Of a DNA stretch of 55,947 bases, positions 8,784-18,142 are shown in pieces; within the stretch, counting starts at the first letter, position 1, and every line of letters begins with the position of its first letter. The stretch spans positions 1-55,947 of the forward strand of contig NZDU01000040.1 in NCBI GenBank assembly GCA_002688875.1, read 5' to 3'. The notes beneath the pieces are model-generated. The model saw only the letters and a program-made list of their open reading frames with translations. It was not told the DNA's origin and ran no database searches. This stretch comes from Candidatus Pacearchaeota archaeon (lineage in GTDB: Archaea > Nanobdellota > Nanobdellia > Pacearchaeales > GW2011-AR1). Both the position numbers and the translations under genes were made by a program.

Positions 8784-10949
8784 ATGGCAGATGAATTAAC
8801 TGAAAAAATTTTAGGATTAATGAAGAAACAGAAACATATCAGAAATGTTGGAGTGGCTGCTCATATTGATCATGGTAAAACGACTTTTTCTGATAACCTC
8901 TTAGCTGGGGCAGGTATGATTTCCGAGGAATTAGCTGGAGAGCAACTAGTTTTGGACTTTCATGAGGATGAACAGGAAAGAGGAATTACAATTGATTCAG
9001 CTAATGTGAATATGGTTCATAATGTAGACGGTGAAGATTTTTTAATTAACTTAATTGATACCCCTGGGCACGTAGATTTTGGGGGTGATGTGACTAGAGC
9101 AATGAGAGCGGTGGATGGAGCTATTGTTTTAGTGGATGCTGTTGAAGGTATAATGCCTCAAACAGAGACTGTGTTTAGACAAGCTTTGAAAGAAAGAGTA
9201 AAACCAGTTTTGTTTATTAATAAAGTAGATAGATTGATTAAAGAATTAAAATTAAATCCCGAACAAATGCAGGAGAAATTTGTGGCTGTTATTGATTCTG
9301 TAAATAAATTAATTGCAGATTTGGCTCCTGATGAATTTAAAGGAAAATGGCAAGTTTCTGTTCAAGATGGAAGTGTGGCTTTTGGTTCTGCTATTCACAA
9401 TTGGGCCTTGTCCTTCCCGTTTATGCAAAAGAATAATGCTACTTTCAAAGATATGGTGGACGCTTATAATGAAAGTGATAATCCTAAAGAGTTAGCTAAA
9501 AAAGCCCCATTACATAAAGTGGTTTTGGATATGGTTATTAAACACCATCCTGATCCTGTTGAATCTCAGGAATATAGAATTCCAAGGATTTGGCATGGAG
9601 ATCCGGAATCTGAAATGGGAAAAGATCTATTGAAATGTAATACTAAAGGAGATTTAGCTTTTGTTGTTATTAAAATTGTGGTGGATAAACATGCAGGTGA
9701 AATAGCTGCGGGAAGATTATTTTCAGGAACTGTTAAACAAGGACAGGATATTTATTTGAATGGAGCTAAGAAAACTGTGAGAGTGCAGCAAGTAAATATC
9801 TATAAAGGAGCTATAAGAATTCAAGTAGACGAAGCTGTGGCTGGAAATATTGTGGGTATTGTAGGTCTTAAAGATACTTTTGCTGGAGAAACTATTTCAA
9901 GTAAAGAGATGGAACCGTTTGAAGCTATTAAACATATTTTTGAACCTGTTGTAACTAAAGCTATTGAAGCTAAAAAACCTTCGGACTTACCTAAATTAAT
10001 CGGGGTTTTAAGACAAGTGAATAAAGAAGATCCCACTGTTAATATTGAAATCAATGAAGAGACTGGAGAACATTTAATGCATGGGATGGGTGAATTGCAT
10101 TTAGAAGTTATTGAAAATAGAATTAAATCAGAAAAGGGTGTAGAGATTACTACTTCTGAACCTTTGGTTGTGTATAGAGAAACTGTGGGAAAGAAGGGGA
10201 ACGAGGCAGAGGGTAAGAGTCCAAACAAACATAATAAATTTGACATTACGGTTGAACCCTTACCAGATAATATTTATGAAGCTATTAAAAATGGAGATTT
10301 GCCAGAAGGTAGGTTAAAGAAAAAAGATCAAGCTGTTTGGGATAAATTTATTGAATTGGGAATTGATGCTAAAGAAGCTAGACAAGTATTTGAAATCTAT
10401 AATGGGAATATGTTAATTGATAATTCTAGAGGTATTGTACAAATCGGGGAAGTTATTGATTTAATTGGGGATGGTTTTGAACAAGTTATGGTGGGTGGTC
10501 CTTTAGCTAGAGAACCATGTGATAAGGTCTTAGTGAGAATTGCAGATATGAAATTGCATGAGGATGCTATCCATAGAGGTCCGGCGCAAGTATTGCCAGC
10601 TATTAGAGATGCGATTAGAGAAAGTATGGCTAGTGCAGAGGCAATCATATTTGAACCTTTACAAACATTACAAATTGATGCACCTGAAGAATATTTGGGG
10701 GAATTAAGCAAATTAATTCAGAATAAAAGAGGACAATTATTAGATGTAGAGACTGAAGGTGGAATGATTAGTGTGAAATCTAAATTGCCAGTTGCGGAGA
10801 TGTTTGGATTTACATCAGATTTAAGATCAGCTACGGGTGGAAGGGGAAGTCATTTCTTAGTAGATCAAGGATTTGAGAAATTACCTAGGGACTTACAAGA
10901 TAAAGTTATTAAACAAATTAGGACTAGAAAGGGTTTGAAACTGGAATAG
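8784..10949 (+). CDS. fusA: Translation elongation factor aEF-2
   Basis: 721 aa. G-domain AHIDHGKTT and DTPGHVDF, plus the diphthamide-site context HEDAIHRGPAQ. Confidence 0.97.
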   Translation: MADELTEKILGLMKKQKHIRNVGVAAHIDHGKTTFSDNLLAGAGMISEELAGEQLVLDFHEDEQERGITIDSANVNMVHNVDGEDFLINLIDTPGHVDFGGDVTRAMRAVDGAIVLVDAVEGIMPQTETVFRQALKERVKPVLFINKVDRLIKELKLNPEQMQEKFVAVIDSVNKLIADLAPDEFKGKWQVSVQDGSVAFGSAIHNWALSFPFMQKNNATFKDMVDAYNESDNPKELAKKAPLHKVVLDMVIKHHPDPVESQEYRIPRIWHGDPESEMGKDLLKCNTKGDLAFVVIKIVVDKHAGEIAAGRLFSGTVKQGQDIYLNGAKKTVRVQQVNIYKGAIRIQVDEAVAGNIVGIVGLKDTFAGETISSKEMEPFEAIKHIFEPVVTKAIEAKKPSDLPKLIGVLRQVNKEDPTVNIEINEETGEHLMHGMGELHLEVIENRIKSEKGVEITTSEPLVVYRETVGKKGNEAEGKSPNKHNKFDITVEPLPDNIYEAIKNGDLPEGRLKKKDQAVWDKFIELGIDAKEARQVFEIYNGNMLIDNSRGIVQIGEVIDLIGDGFEQVMVGGPLAREPCDKVLVRIADMKLHEDAIHRGPAQVLPAIRDAIRESMASAEAIIFEPLQTLQIDAPEEYLGELSKLIQNKRGQLLDVETEGGMISVKSKLPVAEMFGFTSDLRSATGGRGSHFLVDQGFEKLPRDLQDKVIKQIRTRKGLKLE

Positions 10950-11086
10950 AACCTTCTTTGGAAAAGAAGCTTCACCAAGAAAGAAAAGTTTCATCAAAAA
11001 TTGTTACTACCCCCCTATAATAACCGAAATCTTTATAAACACATAATTTACCAAACTGTTAAGTTAAAGGAGGAAATACACGAAAA

Positions 11087-12370
11087 ATGGCGAAAGAAAA
11101 ACCACATATAAATTTAGTATTTATTGGTCATGTAGATCATGGTAAAAGTACATTAGTAGGAAGACTATTATTTGATTCTGGTAATATTCCCGAAGCGGAA
11201 ATGAGAAAATTAAAAGATAAAGCTCAAGAATTAGGAAAAGCAGGTTTTGAATTTGCTTTTGTAATGGATAATCTAAAAGAAGAAAGAGAAAGAGGAGTTA
11301 CAATTGATTTATCACATCAAAAATTTGTAAGTGATAAATATGAGTTTACAATAATTGATGCTCCTGGACACAAGGACTTTATTAAAAATATGATAACTGG
11401 GACAAGTCAAGCAGATGCTGCTATTTTAGTTGTAGCTGCTACAGATGGTGTAATGGAGCAAACTAAAGAACATCTATTTTTATGTAAAACATTAGGTGTT
11501 AAACAATTAATAGTAGCTATCAATAAGATGGATGCTGTTAAATACGATCAAGCTAAATTTGATGCAACTAAAAAAGCTATGGGAGAATTAATGACTAAAA
11601 TTGGTTTCAATCCTGAAGAAATTCCATTTTTAGCAACTTCTGGATGGGAAGGCGATAATGTTGCTAAGAAATCCGAAAATATGAGTTGGTATGAAGGTAA
11701 AACTCTATTAGAACAAATGAATGAGTTAACAGAACCTGAAAAACCAACTGAATTACCTTTAAGACTTCCCTTACAAGATGTTTATAACATCACCGGGATT
11801 GGTGTAGTACCGGTTGGAAGAATTGAAACCGGTGTTATGAAAGTAGGCGATAAGGTTATTGTTGTACCTGGAAGAGAAGGTAAAGGTGTAGAAGGGGAAG
11901 TTAAAACTATTGAAATGCATCACGAGCAAGTAAATGAAGCTGAACCTGGAGATAATATTGGATTTAATGTAAGGGGTATTGGTAAAAAAGATATTGCAAG
12001 AGGAGATGTTTTAGGTCATGTAGACAACCCTCCAACTGTAGTTAAAGAATTTACAGCTCAAATTGTGGTGTTGAATCATCCAACTGTATTGACTGCTGGA
12101 TATACTCCGGTATTCCATATACATACAGCACAAGTAGCATGTAACTTTGCAGAATTAATTGAACAAATTGATCCTGCAAGTGGCGAAGTCAAAAAAGAAA
12201 AGCCAGATATGTTAAAGAATGGAGATGCTGGAAAAGTTAAAATCGTTCCAACTAAACCGGTTGTAATTGAGAAAAAGGCGGATATTCCACATATGGCAAG
12301 CTTTGCTGTTAGGGATGCAGGTAATACTGTTGCTGCAGGTGTATGTATTGATTTGGTAAAGAAAGAATAG
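11087..12370 (+). CDS. tuf: Translation elongation factor aEF-1 alpha
   Basis: 427 aa. [17 protein letters not shown] and NKMD motifs. Confidence 0.97.
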   Translation: MAKEKPHINLVFIGHVDHGKSTLVGRLLFDSGNIPEAEMRKLKDKAQELGKAGFEFAFVMDNLKEERERGVTIDLSHQKFVSDKYEFTIIDAPGHKDFIKNMITGTSQADAAILVVAATDGVMEQTKEHLFLCKTLGVKQLIVAINKMDAVKYDQAKFDATKKAMGELMTKIGFNPEEIPFLATSGWEGDNVAKKSENMSWYEGKTLLEQMNELTEPEKPTELPLRLPLQDVYNITGIGVVPVGRIETGVMKVGDKVIVVPGREGKGVEGEVKTIEMHHEQVNEAEPGDNIGFNVRGIGKKDIARGDVLGHVDNPPTVVKEFTAQIVVLNHPTVLTAGYTPVFHIHTAQVACNFAELIEQIDPASGEVKKEKPDMLKNGDAGKVKIVPTKPVVIEKKADIPHMASFAVRDAGNTVAAGVCIDLVKKE

Positions 12371-12477
12371 AAACTTTCTTAAGAAGAAATATTCACGAAA
12401 GAAAAAAAATTACTTTTTTATTTTAATTTTTTCTTCAAAACTAAACTTTTATAAACCCCTAATTTTCTTTTTAAAAT

Positions 12478-12786
12478 ATGCCAAAAGCAAGAATAAGTTT
12501 AGCAAGTGCAGATATTGATCAATTAAATGAGATATGCGGAGCTATCAACGATATAGCTGGAAAAACCAAAGTAAAAATCGCGGGTCCTATTACCTTGCCT
12601 ACGAAGAAATTAAAATTAACTACTAGAAAAAGCCCGGATGGAGAAGGTAAAGCTTCTTGGGAAAGATATGAAATGAGAGTGCATAAGAGGCTTATTGATT
12701 TAGGTGTGGATGAAAGGGCTTTGAGGCTGGTTATGAGAGTGCCTATTCCTGAAAGTGTGAATGTTGAGATTGAGATGCTTGACTAG
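12478..12786 (+). CDS. rps10: Ribosomal protein uS10
   Basis: 102 aa. Sits in the conserved position after tuf and has an RLIDL motif. Confidence 0.93.
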   Translation: MPKARISLASADIDQLNEICGAINDIAGKTKVKIAGPITLPTKKLKLTTRKSPDGEGKASWERYEMRVHKRLIDLGVDERALRLVMRVPIPESVNVEIEMLD

Positions 12787-12839
12787 CTCGTATTGCACAA
12801 TATAGTAAACTTTATATATTTTTAGTCCTTGTTGTTTGT

Positions 12840-13523
12840 ATGGATATATCCGAGAAAAATAGGAATAATATTATATCTAGATGGAATAAAATACACGAAG
12901 TAGATAAAGAGTATATTCGAAAAAATAGTAATAAATTTCTTCATTTGAAATCCAGAATTTGCGGTTTTATTGCTGGAGATGGAAATATCCTGGTTGATAA
13001 TGGCTCTACTTGTAGACATAATACGGTAAGATTCTTTCCGGATAATCTTTCTTTAGTTAAATCTTATGGAGAAGCAATTTTGAAAGTGTATAATAAAATA
13101 CCCAAGATTGTCGAGAAGGAAAATTATTTTTACATGACTTTAGACTCCAAACCCGTAGTTTTGGATTTGTTAAGTTATTGTGAGTTTGGGAAGATGGAAT
13201 GGACTATTCCTGATTTTGTTTACGAATCTGAAGAGAATAAGATAGAATGGTTAAAGTCTTTTTTTGATTGTGAAGCCTATGTAAATGGTAAGTCTATTGT
13301 TGTTAAATCTGTAAATGGGAAAGGTTTGTTGAAAGTTAAGGAATTAGTTGAAAGTTTTGGAATTGAGACTAAGATATACTCCTATAATCCTAAGAATAAA
13401 AAATGGAACATAAATTATATGTTGTACATTCTAAGAAAAGAAAGTAGGAGGAAATATCGAGATTTAATTGGTTTTAATCATTCCACAAAGCTTAAAAAAC
13501 TCAATATCGTTTTACAATCTTAA
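12840..13523 (+). CDS. Free-standing double-motif LAGLIDADG homing endonuclease-like protein
   Basis: Two LAGLIDADG-type motifs: ICGFIAGDGNI and LKSFFDCEAYV. A TATA-like CTTTATATAT lies about 22 nt upstream. The stop codon (13521-13523) directly abuts tRNA position 1. Confidence 0.75.
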   Translation: MDISEKNRNNIISRWNKIHEVDKEYIRKNSNKFLHLKSRICGFIAGDGNILVDNGSTCRHNTVRFFPDNLSLVKSYGEAILKVYNKIPKIVEKENYFYMTLDSKPVVLDLLSYCEFGKMEWTIPDFVYESEENKIEWLKSFFDCEAYVNGKSIVVKSVNGKGLLKVKELVESFGIETKIYSYNPKNKKWNINYMLYILRKESRRKYRDLIGFNHSTKLKKLNIVLQS

Positions 13524-13673
13524 GCCGGGATCGCATAACCTGGTATTGCACAAACTTTTTGGGTTATAATCTGAAAAAGTGTAGGCCTGGAATCTTGCTT
13601 GAATAAAGTGGGATCAAGGAATACCAGCGAGCTTGACCCTCTGGGTGTCTGGGTTCAAATCCCAGTCCCGGCG
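13524..13673 (+). tRNA. tRNA-Ser-like gene with ~65 nt of intervening sequence (candidate anticodon UGA at 13600-13602)
   Basis: Acceptor GCCGGGA/TCCCGGC with discriminator G. T-arm CTGGG-TTCAAAT-CCCAG. D-arm GCA-TAACCTGGTAT-TGC. Candidate anticodon arm TCTTG-CTTGAA..T-CAAGG. The 150-nt length implies one to three introns, and the exact splice sites are unresolved. Confidence 0.7.
13661..13673. repeat. attL core (CCCAGTCCCGGCG) inside the tRNA-Ser 3' end
   Basis: Exact 13-nt match to 25793-25805. An ATG follows both copies after one mismatched base. Confidence 0.7.
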
Positions 13674-13747
13674 AATGATACTTTTGTGATGTATCCGAAT
13701 TCTTTAAGATGTTTGGATTACTTAGAAGTAGCTGGAGGTGAAGATTC

Positions 13748-15004
13748 TTGAAGATCGATCCACACAAGCATAAAGAGAAATACCAAAACTGGAAGAAGAA
13801 AGGTGTTGTTGAAGGAGTTTCAAAATTCAACTCAGACATTTTGATAGAGTATTTGACTGATATGGAGAATGGGTTGAATGTAACCAGGAGAGGGGTAATT
13901 GGGTATGCTCGCTTGAACAATCTCAGACAGAGAATGAGATTTATCGCAAGGCATTTGGAGGAGCTTTATGGCAAGGGCAGGATAATTGATGTTATAGAAA
14001 AAGAAATTGTCGCCTTCTTTAAGGCGATGAGAGATGGGAAAATCCTAACCAGGGAAGGGAAGAACTACACTTCAATTCCTGATTATGTGAATGTGTTCAA
14101 GGCCTTCTGGCATTGGTATCAGCGAGTTGAGAATGAAAAAGGAAATTTGGTGAAGGACATCACCAGATACATTGACACGAGTCCGGTGAAGGAGTCTGAG
14201 TTCGTTTATTTCACCATTGAAGACGTCAAAAAGATAGCTGAACGAGCGAAGTATGAATACAGAGTGTTGATGTGGTTTTTGTTTGACTCTGGGATTAGAG
14301 CGCCTACGGAACTGATGAATGTTAAGGTGTCTGATCTGGCCCTATTGGAAGGCTCAGATATCTATCAATTGAACATCAGAGATGAAATCAGTAAGACTTT
14401 TGGGAGGAAAATAAAACTGATGCTCTGTTCCCATCTGCTGAGGGATTACATCCAGGATAAAGGACTTGGGGATGAGGATTATTTGTTTCCCATTGTTCCA
14501 AGAGTAGTGAGTCAATACCTCAAGAGATTGGTTGTGAGAACTTTGGGAGATAAAAAAACCAAGGGTGGGCAATTCTTGAGAGAGATATCAATGTATGACT
14601 TCAGACATTCTTCAGCTTGTTACTGGTTGCTGAGATATAAGAGTGAGTCTGGATTGAAATACAGGTTTGGCTGGAAAAAAGAGGCTATGGTTCATTACTA
14701 CACCAAATTACTTGGAATGAGGGATACTATTGCTGAAGATGATTTGATGATTGATAGTGAGGCAAAGACAAAATTAGAAAAGGAATTGGGACAGGAGAGG
14801 AAGAATAAGAGCTTGTTGGAAGAAGAGCTTCAATCTCAGAGGGAGGAAATGACTGCAATCAAAGAACAGCTTGAGCGAAATAAGGCAGGGAATTTATTCA
14901 TCTTGAAACTGTTGAAAAGTCTCCAGAAAAGAAAGAAAATTCAGGATGTGATAGAGGTTATCAAAGAGGAAGATTTGGTTGAGGAATTGGAGATGATCGG
15001 ATAG
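13748..15004 (+). CDS. Tyrosine recombinase / phage-type integrase
   Basis: 418 aa. Motifs GIRAPTEL, YDFRHSSA and MVHYYTK (R..H-x-x-R..Y pattern). TTG start preceded by GGAGGTGA. C-terminal coiled-coil tail. Confidence 0.85.
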   Translation: MKIDPHKHKEKYQNWKKKGVVEGVSKFNSDILIEYLTDMENGLNVTRRGVIGYARLNNLRQRMRFIARHLEELYGKGRIIDVIEKEIVAFFKAMRDGKILTREGKNYTSIPDYVNVFKAFWHWYQRVENEKGNLVKDITRYIDTSPVKESEFVYFTIEDVKKIAERAKYEYRVLMWFLFDSGIRAPTELMNVKVSDLALLEGSDIYQLNIRDEISKTFGRKIKLMLCSHLLRDYIQDKGLGDEDYLFPIVPRVVSQYLKRLVVRTLGDKKTKGGQFLREISMYDFRHSSACYWLLRYKSESGLKYRFGWKKEAMVHYYTKLLGMRDTIAEDDLMIDSEAKTKLEKELGQERKNKSLLEEELQSQREEMTAIKEQLERNKAGNLFILKLLKSLQKRKKIQDVIEVIKEEDLVEELEMIG

Positions 15005-15112
15005 TAGGGAGCCTTGGGGTTGGATTTCTTGTCTCGAAAGATTCTAAATCTGCTTGACATTGGGTAAATTTGGGTACATGTTAACAGGTGAGTCGGAAAG
15101 TGGACCCCATTG

Positions 15113-15946
15113 TCAAGACCAATTTGAGGCGAATTTAAGGTGGATTGCGTTTTTGTGCTCAATAGGCATCTCCTTTTTGAGGTAGAGGTCAGCGGGAACC
15201 CGATCATTGAGTCCCTGATGAGGGCGTTCGTCATTATAGAAGCCGAAGTATTCGGTCAGCCCCAGGTAGAGCTGGGGGACCCTGTCGTAGGACTTGAGGT
15301 AGAGTTCTTCGTATTTGACCGAGCGCCACAAGCGTTCGATGAACACGTTGTCCAGTGCTCTGCCCCGTCCGTCCATGCTGATGCGAATGCCTTCTTCCTC
15401 CAGCCTTTTTGTGAATCGGGGGGAAGTGAACTGAGACCCCTGGTCGGAGTTGAAGATCTCGGGTGTGCCGCGGGTGAGGGCTTCACCCAGAGCCTCCAGA
15501 CAGAAATCCACCTCCAGGGTGTTGGACAACCGCCAGGACAGCACATACCGACTATACCAATCCATCACGGCGACCAAATACATAAAGCCTTGTCGCATCG
15601 GGACATAGGTAATATCTGTGCTCCAGACCTGGTTAGGCCGGTCGATGGACAGGCCCCGTAGCAGGTAAGGATAGATGCGGTGTTGGGGATGGGACCGACT
15701 GGTGTTGGGACGCGGATAGATCGCTTCCAACCCCATCTTGTGCATCAACCGTTGCACGCGTTTGCGGTTGATATCGTATCCCAGATTTCTCAACCACGTC
15801 GTCATTCGTCTGGACCCATAGAAGGGTCGCTTTGTATATTGCCCATCGAGAAGACGCATCAAGAACAGGTTCTCCGAGGTTTCGCCTGCTGGCTGGTAGT
15901 AGAAACTGGACCGAGAAAGGCCAAGTAACTGGCATTGTCTGCGCAA
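15113..15946 (-). CDS. IS3 transposase OrfB (DDE/rve integrase core), expressed as OrfAB by -1 frameshift
   Basis: Contains WSTDITY, MDWYSRYVLSW, FNSDQGSQFTS and ERLWRSVKYEE motifs. The orfB frame stays open upstream to the A-run (KKKLPDKVEERRRLIDPGDPDLSLRRQCQ). Confidence 0.9.
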   Translation of the reverse strand: MRRQCQLLGLSRSSFYYQPAGETSENLFLMRLLDGQYTKRPFYGSRRMTTWLRNLGYDINRKRVQRLMHKMGLEAIYPRPNTSRSHPQHRIYPYLLRGLSIDRPNQVWSTDITYVPMRQGFMYLVAVMDWYSRYVLSWRLSNTLEVDFCLEALGEALTRGTPEIFNSDQGSQFTSPRFTKRLEEEGIRISMDGRGRALDNVFIERLWRSVKYEELYLKSYDRVPQLYLGLTEYFGFYNDERPHQGLNDRVPADLYLKKEMPIEHKNAIHLKFASNWS

Positions 15947-15995
15947 GCTGAGGTCCGGATCCCCCGGATCGATCAGCCTGCGCCTTTCCTCAACT

Positions 15996-16274
15996 TTATC
16001 CGGCAGCTTTTTTTTTCACAAAGTCCAGTTCGACCTTCAACCGACCAATTTGTTCGTAGAGTCGCGCTTTGAGTGCCTCATCATTTTGATGATCTTTGGC
16101 GCGGGAACTGGAGAAGAGGTCCACTGCCCCAACCTGGAGCTGCTTTTTCCACTGGCTGATCTGGTTGGGGTGAACCTCATACTCGGCTGCCAACTCATTG
16201 ATGGTTTTCAAACCCTTTAATGCTTCTATGGCGACACGGGATTTGAATTGGGCACTTCGGTGATTTCGCTTCAT
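15996..16274 (-). CDS. IS3 transposase OrfA (HTH)
   Basis: 92 aa. INELAAEYEVHPNQISQWKK helix-turn-helix plus a leucine-zipper-like tail. Ends just after the A9 run. Confidence 0.9.
   Translation of the reverse strand: MKRNHRSAQFKSRVAIEALKGLKTINELAAEYEVHPNQISQWKKQLQVGAVDLFSSSRAKDHQNDEALKARLYEQIGRLKVELDFVKKKAAG
16008..16016 (-). promoter_or_regulatory. Programmed -1 frameshift slippery run (A9 followed by G on the minus strand)
   Basis: T9 on the plus strand at 16008-16016, in the orfA/orfB overlap. This is the classical IS3 A-AAA-AAG type site. Confidence 0.7.
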
Positions 16275-16623
16275 GAATCCACTCCTTATTACTACTTAGT
16301 ATCTAACTTAATGAGTGGTCCAGTTTCTGGGGTCCAATATATCGCTGCTTACTTATCTGCTTCCTACCGGGAGGAAGTTGCCTATAGATTTACCATTCAT
16401 TAGTCCCAGACATCTCTTTTGAAGATATGTGCCTGGGATGTTTTTTTATTCGATAAAGGCAAACCTGCTGAAAAGCTGGGACGCAAAGGAGCGGGTCCTC
16501 GTCTGACCGACCACCGGGTGTGTGGGAGATGCGGGATGGAGAGGCCGGCCAGCTCCAAGACAGCCGCACTGCCGAAGATAATGGTGGTGCGGTTTTTCTT
16601 ACTTGTACAGAACAATCGTTCGA

Positions 16624-18075
16624 TCAGAATTTTTCAGGATCTATTCCTAAATCTTCACCGCTGTATTTTATTTTTCTCTTGACCTCGTTGAATTCTCGAG
16701 CCGTTGCATCATTACCCCTTTTTAGATCTCCGTAGGTTATAACACGCTTGTCATTAGGCTTTAAAATGAATTCCTTGTATGCTATCAGTCTATAATCTGG
16801 AACAATCTCTTTACAAGCAAATCTGTAATTTATCGTTCTGTCTTCCTCAAAGGTTTCTATTTCTCCTGGCTCTATGCCCAGAACTGATGATTTGAATTTA
16901 GCTTTTGCAGGTACAACAATCTTATTGTAGCCAACATTTCTCATATCCTCAATTTCATATTGCATTCTAATTACAGTATCCCACTTGTCTCTATAGATAT
17001 TCGAAAAGAAACAACCATCAACGCCGCAGATCATATTTCTGAATTCTAAAGAACATCGTATTTGAGTAGATGGATCTTTGGTTACAATAACACGGGTTGA
17101 AGGGTAAATCACCGTGGCTTGTGAAGACTTATCATTGAGCGGCATTATCTTGTTCGTTCCAAAAGGGTGGTCCATACAGAAATCATCCTCACAGTTATCC
17201 CCAGCGTCCCAAATCCCTTCCTTATTAAAATGACCAATGCGATTATAAAGGAAGTAAATCCGTTTTTTCGCCTCCTCAGGAGTCATAAATACTAAATCTG
17301 GACAATCGGTTGTATCAAAGCAAAATGTAGTATCAACACTGTACCACAATCCATCAATATGATACATAGTAACGATGTGATTTATGCTTACCAGTCTCGG
17401 AATAGAAGGAATTTCTGCAGCTCTCAACATAGCAGATGTAATAGTTGCAGCATCTAAACACACTCCTTCGTCACTATCAAAGATTACAGAAAAATCCTTG
17501 TCCTTATTGGCAGGAGATCTACAATCCTCATATAACTCAGGGCACTGATAATTCTTCGACCTAAACACCCAATTAGCAATAGCTTTGACCTTTTCAAAGT
17601 CGCTATCTTTCCCTTCAGTTAATTCCTCAACTTTCTTTACAAGAGGAGGATAGTTCTGCCAGTCATCCCACACTCTTTCAACACCAGGCAATCTATTGCC
17701 TAAGTAATCATCAAGATCATCTGACGCTACCAAGTTCATTAGTATTGGTTTACAAACACGTTGCTTTGTTAAGGGAGAAATTTCATCGTCAAGGATGAAT
17801 CCTTTTGGACATATGCCCTCTTCTAAAGCCCCGCATTCTGCTCCATAATAACTATCAGCAAATAGAAAAAAATCTTTGATTTCTACTTCATTATCATTGT
17901 CCAGATCAAATTCACTGTTTAAAATACCTTGGTTTTGAAATGCTATAAATGCCTTAGAGAAAAGTAAAAAATCATCTAAATTCACTTTGCAGTCATTATT
18001 GAAATCTGCTTGAAGGGCCGAAGTATCTTGACTAAAGACTATTAACACTAGCATTAAGAGAAATTTCTGTCTCAT
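16624..18075 (-). CDS. Secreted dockerin-like + transglutaminase-like (Cys-His-Asp) domain protein
   Basis: Signal peptide. Two Ca-loop repeats, DFNNDCKVNLDDF and DLDNDNEVEIKDF. Transglutaminase-core-like EGVCLDAATITSAMLRAAEIPSIPR...NHIVTMYHIDGLWYSVDTT. Confidence 0.7.
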   Translation of the reverse strand: MRQKFLLMLVLIVFSQDTSALQADFNNDCKVNLDDFLLFSKAFIAFQNQGILNSEFDLDNDNEVEIKDFFLFADSYYGAECGALEEGICPKGFILDDEISPLTKQRVCKPILMNLVASDDLDDYLGNRLPGVERVWDDWQNYPPLVKKVEELTEGKDSDFEKVKAIANWVFRSKNYQCPELYEDCRSPANKDKDFSVIFDSDEGVCLDAATITSAMLRAAEIPSIPRLVSINHIVTMYHIDGLWYSVDTTFCFDTTDCPDLVFMTPEEAKKRIYFLYNRIGHFNKEGIWDAGDNCEDDFCMDHPFGTNKIMPLNDKSSQATVIYPSTRVIVTKDPSTQIRCSLEFRNMICGVDGCFFSNIYRDKWDTVIRMQYEIEDMRNVGYNKIVVPAKAKFKSSVLGIEPGEIETFEEDRTINYRFACKEIVPDYRLIAYKEFILKPNDKRVITYGDLKRGNDATAREFNEVKRKIKYSGEDLGIDPEKF

Positions 18076-18142
18076 TCAATCTTTGAGAAGTGAACGTAAT
18101 ATTTAAATATTTAGATTACAATTGAGAAAAGAGTGATTTTAA

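Larger units (their letters stand above)
15101..16336 (-). mobile_element. IS3-family insertion sequence (1236 bp) nested in the island
   Basis: Imperfect terminal inverted repeats begin TGGACCCCA at 15101 (forward) and 16336 (reverse complement). It has orfA plus orfB with a slippery run, and GC is 36/60 at 15241-15300. Confidence 0.85.

Noticed and set aside
12822-13019. 65-aa minus-strand ORF
   Set aside because: It is antisense to the LAGLIDADG gene start and has no support.
13661-13673. Concern that the 13-bp att repeat is a chance match
   Set aside because: The concern is not upheld. Random 13-mer pairs are expected somewhere in 56 kb. However, this specific GC-rich 13-mer sits exactly at a tRNA 3' end next to an integrase, and its copy coincides with the return to AT-rich composition. 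The call is kept, with moderate confidence.
13564-13920. 118-aa minus-strand ORF
   Set aside because: It overlaps the tRNA-Ser gene and the 5' end of the integrase, and has no motif.
15140-15935. Several ORFs (15140..15661 +, 15256..15546 -, 15633..15935 -, 15680..15928 +, 14941..15234 -) within the IS3 element
   Set aside because: High GC content generates long spurious frames. Only the OrfA and OrfB frames carry transposase motifs.
16400-16735. ORFs 16400..16615 (-), 16419..16682 (+) and 16520..16735 (+) in the GC-rich orphan segment
   Set aside because: They overlap one another and none has a recognisable motif or start context. The segment is reported only as an unexplained GC-rich region.
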